Shown here: piece after piece, positions 44,865 to 59,894 of the stretch
How positions within the stretch are numbered: the stretch's first letter is position 1
How the letters are laid out: each line of letters begins with the position of its first letter
DNA from: the human T2T-CHM13v2.0 reference genome, Homo sapiens
Length of the DNA: 64,000 nucleotides
Assembly: GCF_009914755.1 (NCBI RefSeq)
Contig: NC_060929.1
Strand: one strand, 5' to 3'
Program-made: the position numbers and the translations under genes
The notes under the pieces: model-generated
What the model saw: only the letters and a program-made list of their open reading frames with translations
Told to the model about the DNA's origin: nothing
Databases searched by the model: none

Positions 44865-45266
44865 TCAGAGTCATATAACCTATACATGGTACTGCCGAGA
44901 TCTTGGGCTGCAGCTCCTGGTTTCTATACTAAGCCATGTTATTATGCTACTTTAGCAATTTCTAGCCCTAGATCTCCTTAATAACAAAAATCAAAAGCAT
45001 GTTATGGTTAGATTCTTTGAATTCTGCCACTTTCAGGAAGTAGCACCTCTGGTTTGGATAGCTAAAAGGAATAGCAGAGGTATTAAGCCACAACTGCACT
45101 TACCACAAATATTCCACTCTTTTAAAATATAAACATATGACTGTTAAAATATAAACATGTGACTCGTTTCCATTGGCATTCACCGCTTTCACAAAGACAA
45201 TGGAAGAAGCCAGTAACACTGCTACATCTACAGGAAACAAAAATGAAACTAAATGGCTCCAAATAT

Positions 45267-45560
45267 ATATATATATTTGAGACAGAGTCTTGCTTTCTTG
45301 CCCAGGCTGGAGTGCAGTGGCACGATCCTGAGTCACTGGAAACTCCGTCTCTTAAGTTCAAGTGATTCTCCTGCCTCAACCTCCTGAGTAGCTAGGATTA
45401 CAGTCACATGACACCATGCCCGACTAATTTTTGTATTTTTAGTAGAGATGAGGCTTCACCATGTTGGCCAGACTGGTCTTGAACTCCTGACCTCAAGTGA
45501 TCTGCCTGCCTTGGCCTCGCAAAGTGCTGGGATTATAGGCGTGAGCCACTGTGCCCAGTC
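45267..45560 (-). mobile_element. AluS with (TA)n tail
   Basis: TSD GGCTCCAAATAT at 45255-45266 and 45561-45572. Confidence 0.93.
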
Positions 45561-46994
45561 GGCTCCAAATATTAATAAGCATAACCAGGGTACTGTATTT
45601 TGGATATTAGCTGATTGATTGTACAGTTACAAAAATATGATGCATCCTAGGAACTATCCATTGAAATTTTCCTGTTAAGATAGCAAGATATACTGCCAAC
45701 TAGCATGACTGTTTCCAGAAAGCATATGGGAAGGTGATAAAGAAGGGGCAAATAATAGAGCAAAACACAAAAAGACCAAGAGAAAAAAACAATTAATTCT
45801 ACAATTGGGGAATTGTCAGGACAAAGATATGTATAAATTAAGATAAAGGAATGTGAAGTATGCAGTGCTGACTGAAGAGGTCATATGGGGTTGTCAAAAC
45901 TGGGCTATACGTATGTGACTGAAATGGCAGAAAATGTGAAGTAAACGAGTAAAAGAAAACCTGCAAGACTAAATTAAACAGAACAAAGACACATAGTATG
46001 TACACATAGTACTTTAAAACAAAACTGTAAAAAAAAATCATCTATTTGGCCATTGAAAACAAGCATTTTCCCATCCTTGCCCACTGTTAGCATGAAAATG
46101 ATTTACTCAGCTTGGTCAGAGGTAGATTAACCTGATGAAACAACCAAGGCAAAACCCATTCTCAATGTGAAAAGTAATGAGGATTTTCCTCAGTTTGTGT
46201 CCAAGGACAACACTAGGCAGCACAGCCCTAGTGAAGCATAAACTCCTAGCAGACAGAAAGCTTCCTGAGGGCAGCTATAATTTGTTGTTTACATGGAGGC
46301 CTAGCAGAGTCCTTTTCATACTGTAAGTGTTCTATGAATGTTTATTAAATTAAATTCTACTTAAGTAGCTCTCTTTTCTAATTAGCCTTGGCAATCAAGT
46401 AGTTTATTAAAATAAAAAAGTCCAAGTATTTTGGAAGTGAATTTTGTAGCAGCAAATTCAGGATGGGACCAATGACCTACAAATTGAGCTGCAGCAAAAT
46501 ATTGGCTGGGAACAAAGTAGATCCTAAAGGTGGTTTTGTCAGACAAAGTGCAACAAATCTCACTGAAGAACAACAGTCATATGGAGTGTTGTCGCATATG
46601 AATGATTACTTGAAATCAGTGTTAGAATCTCAAAAAGAAGTAACTTGGTAATGCAAAGTAATGCTATTCAAAGTGCTGTAAAAAGATAAACAGGTATTCT
46701 AGTCTCAGCTCCAGCACCCCCCGCCTCAGGAAGCTGGCTCAGCCCACTGCAGTCCATAACGGTTTTTGCCAACTGAACTCAAAGCCCCATTAATGCAGAA
46801 AATAATTACAATCTACCCTTGTGGCATCTATTAACTTTTCTTTAATCATGTTTTGTCTCTCCAATTAGACTGTACGTTAATTAAGGGTAAAGAGTTTCAG
46901 ACATTTCTTCTGTAGCCATCACATCTAATACTATACAAGGGTGATTTAATATTAGATAATAAATTTAGGTAATTTACAACATTAATAGTTACTA

Positions 46995-48230
46995 TTAATA
47001 GGAAAAAAATCACATAATCCTCCCCATAATTATGGAAAAGCATTTGATAAACTTCCTCATCCATTCATAATAAAATTCACTTCACAATAGAAAAGGATAT
47101 CTTTTATAAAAAAGTTTTTTACCTACTACGAGATTAAAGGCATTTATCTATTTAAATAAGTAAATATCCCACAGAAAACATCACACTTAAAGGAAAAATG
47201 TTGAAAGCACTCCTTTTGTAAGCCAGAGGAAGTCAGGAACACTTTCTGTCACCAATCCTATTCAAAATTGTCCAGGAGATACCGGTCAATGTAGGTAGAC
47301 AAGAAAAAGTAATCAAAATAAGACATGAAAAGGATGAAAGAAATTTTCATCTGCTAATGAATTTAATATGTGCAGGCATGTATTAATATTATATTCAAAT
47401 GAATCAAAAGGATTAAAAGTCTAGGTTTTCTGGCTACAAAAACCAACATACGAATGTATATTTCTTGTATTTTATAGCAACAATTAGAAAATGTCACTTT
47501 ATGCACAAAGATTTGCAAAATTTTAAAACCCAGATAATACCATATACTGATAAGGATATAAACAAATGGAAATTCTTATCTACTCTGGGAAACTTCTTGG
47601 TAGTACCTAATAAGGTTGGATATGCATATACCCTATAACTCTTTCTATTCTTAGGTACATACCATTGAGAAATGGTTGTACATATACAAATGTTACATTC
47701 ATTAACATTCACAGCATCAGTGTTTGTAATGTCCAAATAATGAAACCAACCCAAATGTCCATCAACAGTAGAATGAATAAATCAATTGTGATACACTCAA
47801 TATGATGGAATATTACACAGCAATAAAGACGAATAAACCATAGCCTCAGAGATGAGTATGGATGAATCTCAAAATAATAATGAACAAAAATAGAAGACCA
47901 CAGAAGAATGCATTTAGCATGATTCCCAATTTATATAAAGTTAAAAATATAAGATGGCTATTACATATATTATTTGGAGATGTATATATGGGTGGCAGAA
48001 GTATTGAAAAGCAAAAAAAAAAAAACAGGCAACACAAAATTCAAGGCAGTGGTTACTTCTAGGTGGGAGGTAGAGGATGCATGAAAATGAGGGGCTCAGA
48101 GAATAATACAGCACAGGGAGTTTTCTATTTCTATTTCTTAATGTGGGTAGTGGAGACATTGCCATTTGCTCTAATACTACTCTTTAAACTACATACACAT
48201 GTTCCATACATTATACATTTTTTATATATC
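46995..48230 (+). mobile_element. Old L1ME-type LINE-1 fragments (ORF2 remnants and 3' UTR)
   Basis: 'gaaaagcatttgataaa…ccattcataataaaa', 'aacccaaatgtccatcaacagtagaatgaataaat' and 'gcatgattcc'. Confidence 0.75.
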
Positions 48231-49623
48231 ACAGAAAAGGAAGAAGGAAGAAAGGAAAGAAAGGGAAAGAAGGAAAGGAGGAGGGAGAGAGGAGGATAGG
48301 AAAAGGAAAGATAAAAAAGGATAATTATAAAATCCTTGGAATGCTAAGGAAAAGAAGCTTGCCATGGGACTCTCTTTTAAATGAAAGTACACATACTTCT
48401 ACAAACACTACTTAGCAAGAAATATGCACAACACAACCACAAGGGGCTATAACAAGACATCACGCTTAGGGCTGAGATTAGACTCCTTTCACTAAAATTG
48501 ATGAGTCATTTGTCACAATACAGATGTTTTATGGCTGAATGACTGAAAACACTGGTATTTTCTTATGTAAAAAACAAGAGTTTCTCCAGATTAAATTTCC
48601 TCTAAAATTTTTAAGTACTAGGTTGAAAACCAGAGGAATCTACTTTCACTTTTCTTCAATTATTTGCAATAAAACAAGAATATATATCAGACCATGGGGA
48701 AAATCTTTTTCTTCCACACTTTGGAAATCTAAAAGGTACTACTTTTATGTACTACCATCTACCATAATTAGATTTAATCTAAATTGTGCTATTGAGAGGC
48801 GAGAAACGCAATTAAAGTGTCAACACTCCCAAGACCAGCCAAACAGCCTTTTGGCAAATGCTAATATAAATGTTTTCATAACCTATGTTTTTTAAGGTCA
48901 CTATTCAAATTCCATAGTTATACATATCTCTGTTTTCAGAGACTTTATTTCTCAGGTTTTGAAGGGCTGGAGAATGTTACTCAAACATAAGGTCGGTAAA
49001 GAAATTTTAGCTTAGAAGTCTCCTATAATGCTACAGAGCTGTAGTCTGTAGCAGTCCTACAGGGCACTGCTCATATGCAGTAAGCAAAGGTGGGGCATGG
49101 GGAGGAGGAAGAAAACAGATCCAGAGACTGTCTGCAGAGCATCTGTTCCAGCAACCCAGTTGTGGGCCTTCTCCTGGACCAGTAAAACTCCATCTGGTAT
49201 GGGAAGCTAACTGTTCCCCAGGTGGTGTGCCCACCTGTCAACTGACAGTCGGGCTTGTGCCACTAAGAACAAGGGCAGACACATTTTGGCACAGACCTTT
49301 GGAGCATTTCTTTAACTTAATGGCTGAGCAAGACTTGAGATGAAGAGATGAGGAAACACAGAAAAAAAAAAAAATGCAATGGGCCCTGCTGGTCCCAGGC
49401 ATCAGCTAGGGAATCTAGGTCACGCCTACAACAGGCGTCTGATGGGGTATACCATAGAGGGCGGAGAGTGGCAGGGAATGGTGCCAGCCTCTGCCTTTCT
49501 GGGCTTGCCAGCCCTTGGCAGGGATTCTGGAAAATGAGACATCCCAAGTCAAATGCATTTCCGCACATTCCTCTCCCTCTCCTGCCTCTAGCTACTTACA
49601 TGTGGTTAATAGACTGCTCAAAT

Positions 49624-49628
<5 letters not shown>

Positions 49629-49677
<49 letters not shown>

Positions 49678-49699
49678 ACCACCACCACCACCATCACCA
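49629..49699. repeat. Compound STR: (AC)24 followed by (CAC)n
   Basis: Read directly from the sequence. Confidence 0.97.
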
Positions 49700-51670
49700 G
49701 GATATGGAATCTATACACGTTCGTTCCGGAATGTTTAGGTTGAAAATACACGTACAAATATAGTCTCCTGGTGAAGCTCTGTGCTATGTATTTATTCCAA
49801 GTGATGTCCACAATCTTTTTGGAATTCTTCTGGCATCTGGCTTTAGAATCCTTGGCATATTCTTGTCAATACCCTCAGGTGATGAAAGATGTTTTATTCT
49901 AAAGAGTACATTTTATTTACCAGGCTTATGGAATTAGATGCTCCATCAATCCATATTGAATATAAGAATAAATGGATGGGTGAAACAAGCACATACCTAT
50001 AGTTCTTAGACAAATTCCTAATGAAATGAATGACCAAGCATGGAATGTACAATTTTTTAATTTTAAAAAAGCAAACAAAAAATAAAAAATAGAGATTTTC
50101 TTGTATGGCTCATATGGTAGAACCCAGAAGACCATTTCAGTGGAACAAAGGAGACCACTGAAATAACCAGAGAACCACTCAAGGTGATCCTGGATATAGG
50201 GGCTATTAACCTTTTAATCTTTGCATTATTCCTTAAAGCGTTTAGATCCATTTGCTCCTTGTCTTCTCCTATCCTCTAGTCCTGAAATCACCAGGGCACC
50301 AAGCCTCGAGAGGCTGCTCTCTCCCTTACTGGGCTGGGTTTCTAAGATATCTCTGACCAGATCTCAGAGATAACTCCAATCCAGAGGATCTTTAGGCGGA
50401 TCTTTATTCTGCCAAATCCTACACTGATACTAATTTTCAAACTTAGATGTATTTTAAATAGGAAAAGAAGACCCAAATTATATCATTTTAACTTACCTTA
50501 TTTTTTCCTGTAAAACAATATATCATAAATTTTAAAAGTCTCTGTGCTTAGAAGAAGGTGGCATTCATACATTTCTGGGGTGTCTTTTAAAGAGCCTTAT
50601 TGGTCCATAGTTACATCCCATACACATATATATTATAGGCACATTTACATGCAGACATATAAAGGAAGTATTCATAAAGGATGAGTGATGAACAAACACA
50701 AAGCCATGCTTTGATGTTAAAGATGCAGTGCTTCACTGTTGAGAAGGATGTGTAATTGAATTCTTGGTAATCACTGAGAATGGTGTCTATTGTTGAATGT
50801 AGAGTGCTCACAGAAGTCTTGCCTAGGGAGTTTGCTCTGTTCTAAGGTGAATTCTCCATAGCTCAACTCAAACATGAAAGGTGTCCTGGCATTGAGCCAA
50901 ATGCCTAGGCCAGGGTGTTCTCTGGATCCTGCTGGGGTCACTGAAAGACCAAAGAAAGCACCCCAAACCTGGCCTGACATGAACCGAGAAAACTTGGGCA
51001 GCATTTGGCCCCAGGGTAAGGATGTGACAGAGCCTGCTCATTCTCCCTGCACTCACTTTGGCACACATTCAGCAATGCTCTATTTGATTGCTACCTTTCC
51101 CTAATAAAGAGCTAGGCTTTTAGTGGATGTTCTGATTCTCATAATGCAAAGACAGAAGGTATGTGTGAAAGTCTCCAGTAACACTATGCTTCCTGCACAT
51201 AGTCTACCCATTAAATGACTGACTTGGATTTCTTGCAAAGATTGAATGCTGGAGGTAATTTAATAATTTAAGTATAATATAAACATTTAAAGTTAAAAAA
51301 AAAAAAAAAGAAAAAAGACTGATCTGGGTTATTAAACTTTTTAAATATGAAAGTGATTTCTGAAAAATGTGCAAAAATGACTTTTACTCTTTTCTTACTT
51401 AAATACCATTATCATACAATATTCAAGTGATTTTGCTATTGGTGGGAAGTTTAGAATGCATCCTGATGAATATCAAGGATCTGCTATAAAAACAGATTCT
51501 CTTAAATATAATTTATGTGCATGCAACACACACAGTGTTTAAAATCCACATTCTTAAGTGCAGATGTGTTTTCAGTGTGGTCTCAGAGTGAAGGTTTCTA
51601 TACAGGGTTTAGTCTGAGAAACAACTCGGGAAACAGATGAAAGGCATTTCAGATGATTACCCTAGAGACA

Positions 51671-51798
51671 CAGTGGTTCTCAAGACTTGAGGCATATAGG
51701 CCATCCTGGGCTAGTAGACAAATTTTTGACATTTACCACCTGCTTAGCAAATGTCATACCAGTTCATTTTGATACTCACCAAATTTGTGACTTCCTAG
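51671..51798. mobile_element. MER5-like hAT-Charlie fragment
   Basis: Starts 'cagtggttctcaa'; degenerate far end. Confidence 0.4.
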
Positions 51799-54009
51799 AC
51801 CAGACCACGTAGAGTCTCATATGGCTTTTATTTGGATTGCCTTAAAAATTGCCATATTTTCCCAATACCTAATAGTACTTCAATTTCTTAAAATACAGAG
51901 GAAAAAAAGAATAATTTTGCTAATTAAATCCTGTCAGAAGTACATGAATTCTGTTTTAAAACAACAATATTAAAGATTTTTAATTAGGAATAAAACATGG
52001 AAATTCCCAACTAAGATATAACATAGCACAAAAAAAAAAAACCAGTAATGATATAGAGACTACACAAAGGTAAAATAACAGCAACAAAAAAGGCACTGGG
52101 GTATATAATTCATATATGTATTTTAAGTAACTATTACCATTTTCTCTTAAATGCCCTAATAAAATAAAGCATTTTAAGATATGCTATAATACCTTAATAA
52201 TAATTCATTACCATTATCTACATGATTCATTTTACCTACCTCTAAAAGAGAATTACTATCACTTTGCTATAAAGCAAACAGTTCTGAAAACTACCCACTT
52301 GGAATGCTGTACAGTGACCAGGCCTGGGTCTGTATTGCTCACTACTCTACATCCAGGACACAATGCACTGTTTGTCCCATCATAAGCACTGAATAAATTT
52401 GTTCATCTGACAAGTATTTATGAGCATCTACTATGTTTAAGGAGCTGTTCTAGGCACCTATATATACATCAATAATCAAAACAAAGATACCTGCCCAATG
52501 GATATTGCCGACTTGCTAAAAGTTAGATCAGCAGCCTTCTTTGAATATCAACTACTTCTGACATAGAGATGTGGCACAACTATATGAATGAAAGAAGAAA
52601 ACAGTGTGAAATCAAGACTCGAAATTCTTTTGAGAACTAAGATATATTTTCTAATGCCTCTGTCCTTCAGTGGGCCTGCAGTGGGCTTGCATAGGACAGG
52701 GAAAAGGATTTAGGAATTCACTGCCACTTTGAGGTCATATGAGTTGATCTAAAATCTCAGTTCATCTTTCCTCCATCATATGTTACCTGGGTCACAGAGG
52801 GCATGAATTTAATAAGAGGTATTAAAAAAAGGAACTACTATCTAATGACAAGGCCGCCTTTTAAACTCTGTAATAGTTGTTTCCTGTTTATGCATAGGAA
52901 GATGTATATTTAGAAAATTTATAGTTCTTTTTAGAATGGCTAACAATTACCAGAATATGACACGTTTTATAGCCCCGTGCCTTTTCTTAAACTCTTCCCT
53001 TTGTCCCCAAAGACCCTTTTCTACTGTCCTTTTCCCTTCTCATCTCTTGTTTGTTAAACTGATGAATGAAAAAACACGTGAATGAATGGAGGTTGAGAGC
53101 TGCTAAAGGCTGGTTACAACCAGGAAAGCTTAGGGAGGAAGCTGGATGTTTACAGAAATGGCTTTAGGTGTCATTAGTTCTGTAATGTAGTCCTGTGTTG
53201 TTTCTGAAAACAAAGATAGACAGGACAGTAAGTTAAGCCCAAATCAGCAGGCTTTCTCCCCCCAAGTACTAGAATACAATAGCCACTCTGTCTCACAAAT
53301 ATATAAAAACACACTTGGCTTAGTTTCTTCAATATATTACTCTCATTTCAATTGAGCTCATTTGTAAAAAGGGCCCATCTGCAAAATGGCAACTGGGGCC
53401 TGTCCAAGTAGCAAAAAACATAAAAAAAACATCCAAAGAGAAAAAAACTTGAATCAAGACTTCAAAGTTAAAAAAAAAAAATTAGATTACATTTTAAAAA
53501 TCAAATAATAAAATGTTTTTGTTATTTTTAAAAAAATTTAATGACAGGAGATTGTTGTGGTAGAATGAAAGAGCATATCACACAAAGTCCAAAGAGTCAG
53601 GTTTAGGTCAGTATTAGAAGTTGGATCTTGCATAATTTATTACTTCATTTTTGTGGACCTTAAGTCTTTCATTTATAAAATGGATAAGGAGATAATACCA
53701 CATTTCCCAGAACAATCAGGAGAAGTGCCTGATACAATGTATGTGAAACATACTTACCACTGTTCATGTTAGTTCATATTAATTTCAGTTCCTCCTCTGC
53801 ACTCCTTAGTACTCTTTACATATTTCCAGTGGCTTTTACCATAATATATTGTGATTATCTGTTATATGTAGGTTATTAATCTTTGTACCTGTCATTCTGT
53901 TATTCATTTTTGTACCTCCTTACACAATGGTGGCACACAATAAGTGTGCAAAAAATATTGTTTGAAGAGAATGAACACAAGTTGTTTTGTTAAATGAGCA
54001 ATGACATTT

Positions 54010-54313
54010 CATTTCATTTCATTTTTTATTTTTTAGAAACCAAGTCTTGTCCCGTCACCCAGGCTGGAGTGCAGTGGTGCCATCTTGGCTCACTGCAACC
54101 AACTCCTGGGTTCAAGTGATTTTCCTGCCTCAGCCTCCTGAGTAGCTGGAATTACAGGCACCCGCCACCACACCCAGCTAATTTTTGTATTTTTAGTAGA
54201 GATGGGGTTTCACCATGTTGGCCAGGTTGGTCTCAAACTCCTGACCTCAAGTGATTCATCCACCTTGGCCTCCCATGTGCTGGGATTACAGGTGTGAGCC
54301 ACCGTGCCCGGCC
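54010..54313 (-). mobile_element. AluS
   Basis: AATGACATTT flanks both ends; (ATTTC)n tail. Confidence 0.93.
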
Positions 54314-54682
54314 TAATAATGACATTTTAAAAACACAGAAGTATGCTTAAAATTCTAAACCAAGGTATTTCTCATCTTTGAAAAAGTTGCTTTTGCCAAT
54401 TTGTAGATAGGCAGGCCTATCTACAAACAGGACAGTTTTCTACAGCTAAGTCTTCACATACTGGTTACTATGTAAGGCTTAAATTTGGTCTATTTAATGT
54501 TGAACAAAATTCTTTATCCTGTTGAACAAAATTATTCTTAACACAGCCAGAGTACCTGAATCAAGACTATGGGAGTAGCCAGTCCATCTCCTGGGCACCC
54601 TTACTGCACAAAGAAAACAAGTTACATACATTTTATAGCTCTAAGGCAACAACTACCCATGGAGTAACTTATGTCTAACACA

Positions 54683-54985
<303 letters not shown>

Positions 54986-57564
54986 TCAAACACAAAGTTT
55001 TAGATTCTCTATCTTAACTAAAATCAAGAAGCTGGCACTACCAAATGTTATTTAATTCTATAGTGAGATGGCTTTTAATTGGCTAGTCTTACAAAAATGG
55101 TAGTCAAATACAAGCATAATTGTGATCAATAACTGTAAAATAGTTTGTAGTATATAAATTCCAAAATTCTTTTGAATATGAAGAAAATTTTACATTCAAG
55201 TAGATCACTTTTAGGTTCCTATAATAACATTTAAGCTTGGTAACATGCTACCAGAACTTGGTTATTTTTTGGTAAGCCATCTTTTTCATCTAAAAGGAGT
55301 AAAAGAAGAATAAGATGTAAAATATACTCATTTAAGCTTAAGGTGGAGGAAGGAAGAACTTTAAAACCTAATTTGGTTTGACCAATTAACGTTCTGATTG
55401 TACTCTACAGGGAGAGCACACAAAGTGTATACATGCACACACAGACATCAGTGCTGATGTGCAGGGACAAATTTAAGAGCTACCTCCCATTATGAGGACA
55501 TAAATTCACAAACACACTCCTACAGCATTTCCAAATGGAAAGCATGGGCATCTCATTAGGGGTCGAACATAGGGCATAAAAAAGTACAACGACCTTGCTG
55601 GGTTTGGCTTCTCTTTCACATCTAAGTTCCTTGTAAAACAGGCCAACCATGAGAGGATGTTTAAAACCTGTAGCATTAAAAAAGAATCTAGGGTCATATA
55701 ATTATTTCATAAATATATGTAAGACTGAGGAAAGTTGGATGCTCCTCTGTTTCCTGCAATTCAAAGGTAAGTGAAAACCAACTTTGGAATTAATAGCTTT
55801 CAGAGATCTGAAAGCGTTCTAATACCAGGATTTTCAATGCTGCAATTTAACGACAACCCTGCTGTTGGCCTTTTCTGACCTGTTGTGAAGTAAATCAGGC
55901 AAACTAATGTGGGCTAACAAGTCTTTTTCACACCGTTCGATCCCCCTGCTTCTCTTTTCTCCGCAGACATCGCCTTTCTCCCACTTTCTGTCTAGCCATC
56001 CTCCGTCAAAGCACACAAAATGGCCACTGTAACCCTGCATCACTGCTCATTAGATCACAGGTTAGTCAAGTGGAACTGCCCGGGGTTCCCAAAGGAGAGC
56101 TATACTTCAAAAATCTGTCCATGTCAAATGAAGAAAAAAACCCTGAGCGTGGGGTCACCCAGATCAATGATCAAAAGAAACTGAGAATGAAGGGGGAAAA
56201 AAGCACACCCTCGTTTTTGTTAAAAACACACAGGTCTGATTTATTATAAGGAATACAGAGATACGATGGGGTTTCCTCCTCTTCTGCCCTGTTTTCATTT
56301 TTTAACTAAGTAATTTGTTTTAATCAGGTCCTGTTGGTTGTTAAACTTCAGACTTTGGAAAGTCTACAACTAATCCTTAAAATTTCCCCCAAAGAAAACC
56401 CATTCTAGGAAATCCAGTTTTAAGGAGGACTCCTAAATGTTTCCAAAAACACTTGAAAAGCAATAAAAGTAATACAAAGTAATCCATCTTTAATGCTTGA
56501 GAAGATTCTATTTAAATCTGAGAGTAAGAGTTGGTGCGACATACACTTTAATATGCTTTAAAATAATCCGAGTAACCTCTTGAGCCTTCAAAGAGGGGAA
56601 ACAACAATCTGTCAATCACGTTAGGAGCACACACAAGTGACATACTATAAAAAGGCAGATTTCTGGATTTTGGTGAGGCTGCAAAGATATGCAGGTAGGC
56701 CTATACCTTGTTTAATCATCTCCCTCATTTCTTCTATGCTATTCAAAGTACAACATTCTATATTTGCATTTGTACTTTTTGAAAAAATAACACTACTAAT
56801 ATAACAGTACCGCAAACTTGACATATTAAAAATGAGGGCAGAATGATATATCTGGAACATCTTAAAGAACAAGACTTGGTATCAAATTTCACAAGTGAAA
56901 ATCACCAAAAGATTTGGTTTTCCTGGTTTCCTCATAACTAGAGAGAAAAGTACATTTTATCGGCTAATGATTAAAAAAAAATTTCTGCCCTCAATACCAC
57001 ATATATGAATGAAAGTAAAATAAGTTAACTGCTTATAATTTAACCTAGCAAAAGTTGTAAGGGTTGTGTAAGGGCTTTATAGCTTTGCAGTATTTTCTTT
57101 TTTACATTTGGAATTTATTCTTTAAGTACCCTCAAAGGAATATAAATATATTCCTTTGTGACTAAATTAAATATTTTTTGTTTGACTTTTGTGTATTTAA
57201 AAAGCACTCCCATGACACTTACTCTATACCAGACACTGATATAATTGCCTTATGGAACATTAACTCATTCAACCCTCAAAACAACCCTGTCAGGAGGAGG
57301 GGGAAGAAAGCAGGGAGCAACTGTTAATAATGAGTAAGACTCTCTATGTGCTATGCCCTCCTTTAATCCTCACCATTCACTACAAGGTAGGTTCTAGAAT
57401 TAGCCCCATTTTACAGATGAGAAAACAGACTTTTAAGTTTTTGCCCAATATAATTTAGATGGTCAACAGTGAGAAGGATTTAAATCCAAAAGTTCTGACT
57501 TCCCAGTCTTACTGTTTGTCATCTCCAAACCAAAGTGCCAAGTTAAATACTCATCAAGTTAAAC

Positions 57565-58070
57565 CTGGGTATATCCTGTGACCCCCCCGTAACTGCAATT
57601 TTACATGTATTCACTTGAGAAATGCTTGCATATACAAGGAGACATGTACAAAGATATTTATCAACAGCTCTGTTTATAATCACAAAAAATCTAGAAAGAA
57701 CTTAAATATAAAGAAAACACCAGAACATTTTTTAAAAAGCTGTAAGGCATCACATATAAATTTTTATCACACAAACCATTATCATATATTATTTAGAGAC
57801 ACATGTATATGTAGTCAAAGCATAGAAATGTACACTGGGAAAGATACACACCAACTTTAAGATATTTCTTGCTTCTGAAGGAGAAAGGATGGGAAAATGA
57901 TGAGGAAGGGAAAGGAAGGGGCTTTAAATGCAGCTTTCATGATTTGTTTCATTAAAGAAAAGATCTGAAACAAACATGATAAAATGTTAACATTTTATCA
58001 CGGGTAATGGGTTGGATGGGTTTGTCTGATATTTTCTATACTTACCTATATGTTTGAAATTTTTCATAAT
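57565..58070 (+). mobile_element. L1ME-type fragment
   Basis: 'gagacatgtacaaagatatttatc…tgtttgaaattttttcataat'. Confidence 0.6.
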
Positions 58071-59575
58071 AAACACGGTATGACTGCTTAGATGTTTACC
58101 TCATGCAATCACAAATAAATTGTGAAATTACTGCACATGGTTCCTCTAAGTCCTCTCCCTCATTTGACTCAGTAAACTGCTAAAAATTCATACCTTGGTA
58201 ACAAGTTAGAGATTAAACTATTAAAATTAATTTTCTTAAAAGTGTTTTAGAAGTACCATCTTTAAGAAAATCACTAAATTTGAAGGAATTTAATGAATTC
58301 AAATACGGACTATATTAATATATAGTCTATGTTTCATTTTGTTGCTAAAGAAAATTCATTAAGTTGGCATTTCTAACCTTTTGACATTCAAAGTTTAGTA
58401 ATAAAGCAGCCTGGTTTCAGACTGAGAATTGTAAATTAGAGCTGAACAGGGCACTTGACTAGAAAAGTGAACTACTTTTCACTGTATACCTTTTTGTAAA
58501 ATTGTACCACATGGCTTTATTAATCATTCAGGCTGATTATTAAAATAAGATTGAAGATTTAAAAATTATGTAATATCACATGGGGATCCAAATGAAAATG
58601 ATAGAAATACATTTTCTATAGAACCTTAGTTAGTCATACAATCTTAATTGACAGAGGATGGATCAAGCAATCTCAACTACAATTCTTTATAAATGTATGC
58701 ATATTTGTAAACAAAATGAGTGAGAGAAGAGTTGTTATTCTAAAAATAATTGTGGTGAAAGTAAACCCACAAATTACAGCCACAACTCTTCCTTTAACAT
58801 CTTAAAAATATGATACAACTTTAAATAACATATATTTTTCAGTTCGGCTTTACCAGGCTAAAGAAACATATGACAAAATTTTGACTAACTAGAGTATAAA
58901 TAAAAACAAATAATGAAAGAATTATAATTTTTGTATTCCATTTTTAACAGATGAAATTACAAAATTACAGATTCATATTGAGTGTTTTATAAAAAAGCAA
59001 TGTCTAGGACCTAAAAGTCAGTCATTGCTTCAACAAAATTATTTTCTGCATCTACACTGCTAGAACTAATGTTCTAAATAATTGAAGGGCTACTACAACA
59101 TTCAGAATAATTAAAGAAGCCTGTATTTCCCTAGAGCAGAAAACTGTGCTGTATTAGCTTAAAACTGTATTAGTTTAAAAGATTTAACAATATGAAAAGA
59201 AAACAAGGAGCTTCTCTGGTAAAGAAAAAAAGATAGCTATAGTGCTCAAAAACATTTCCATTAACAGTAACAGGCCATTCATTACTCAAGTACCTGATGA
59301 CCTCATGCTTTGCCTTAAAATCTATTCTCATTTTTTCACTTAAAAAATGGACTTAATTTGCTTATTAACATAAGTCATTAAAAAGCCAGTGTTAAGAAAA
59401 CAGAAAAATGTCCCAACTTATACTTAAAGAAAAACATCAAAGTTAATATGCAAAATTGGTATCCAAAATATGCAGAAACATGTATTTCCATATTCATGGC
59501 TGTCTATTTAAATAATTTACATATTAAACATTTAAATAATTCAAATATTTACACTTAACTCTCCAATAAATTTGA

Positions 59576-59894
<319 letters not shown>

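Noticed and set aside
49515-49811. ORFs with (TH)n/poly-His or (CV)n
   Set aside because: They are translations of the (AC)n(CAC)n microsatellite.
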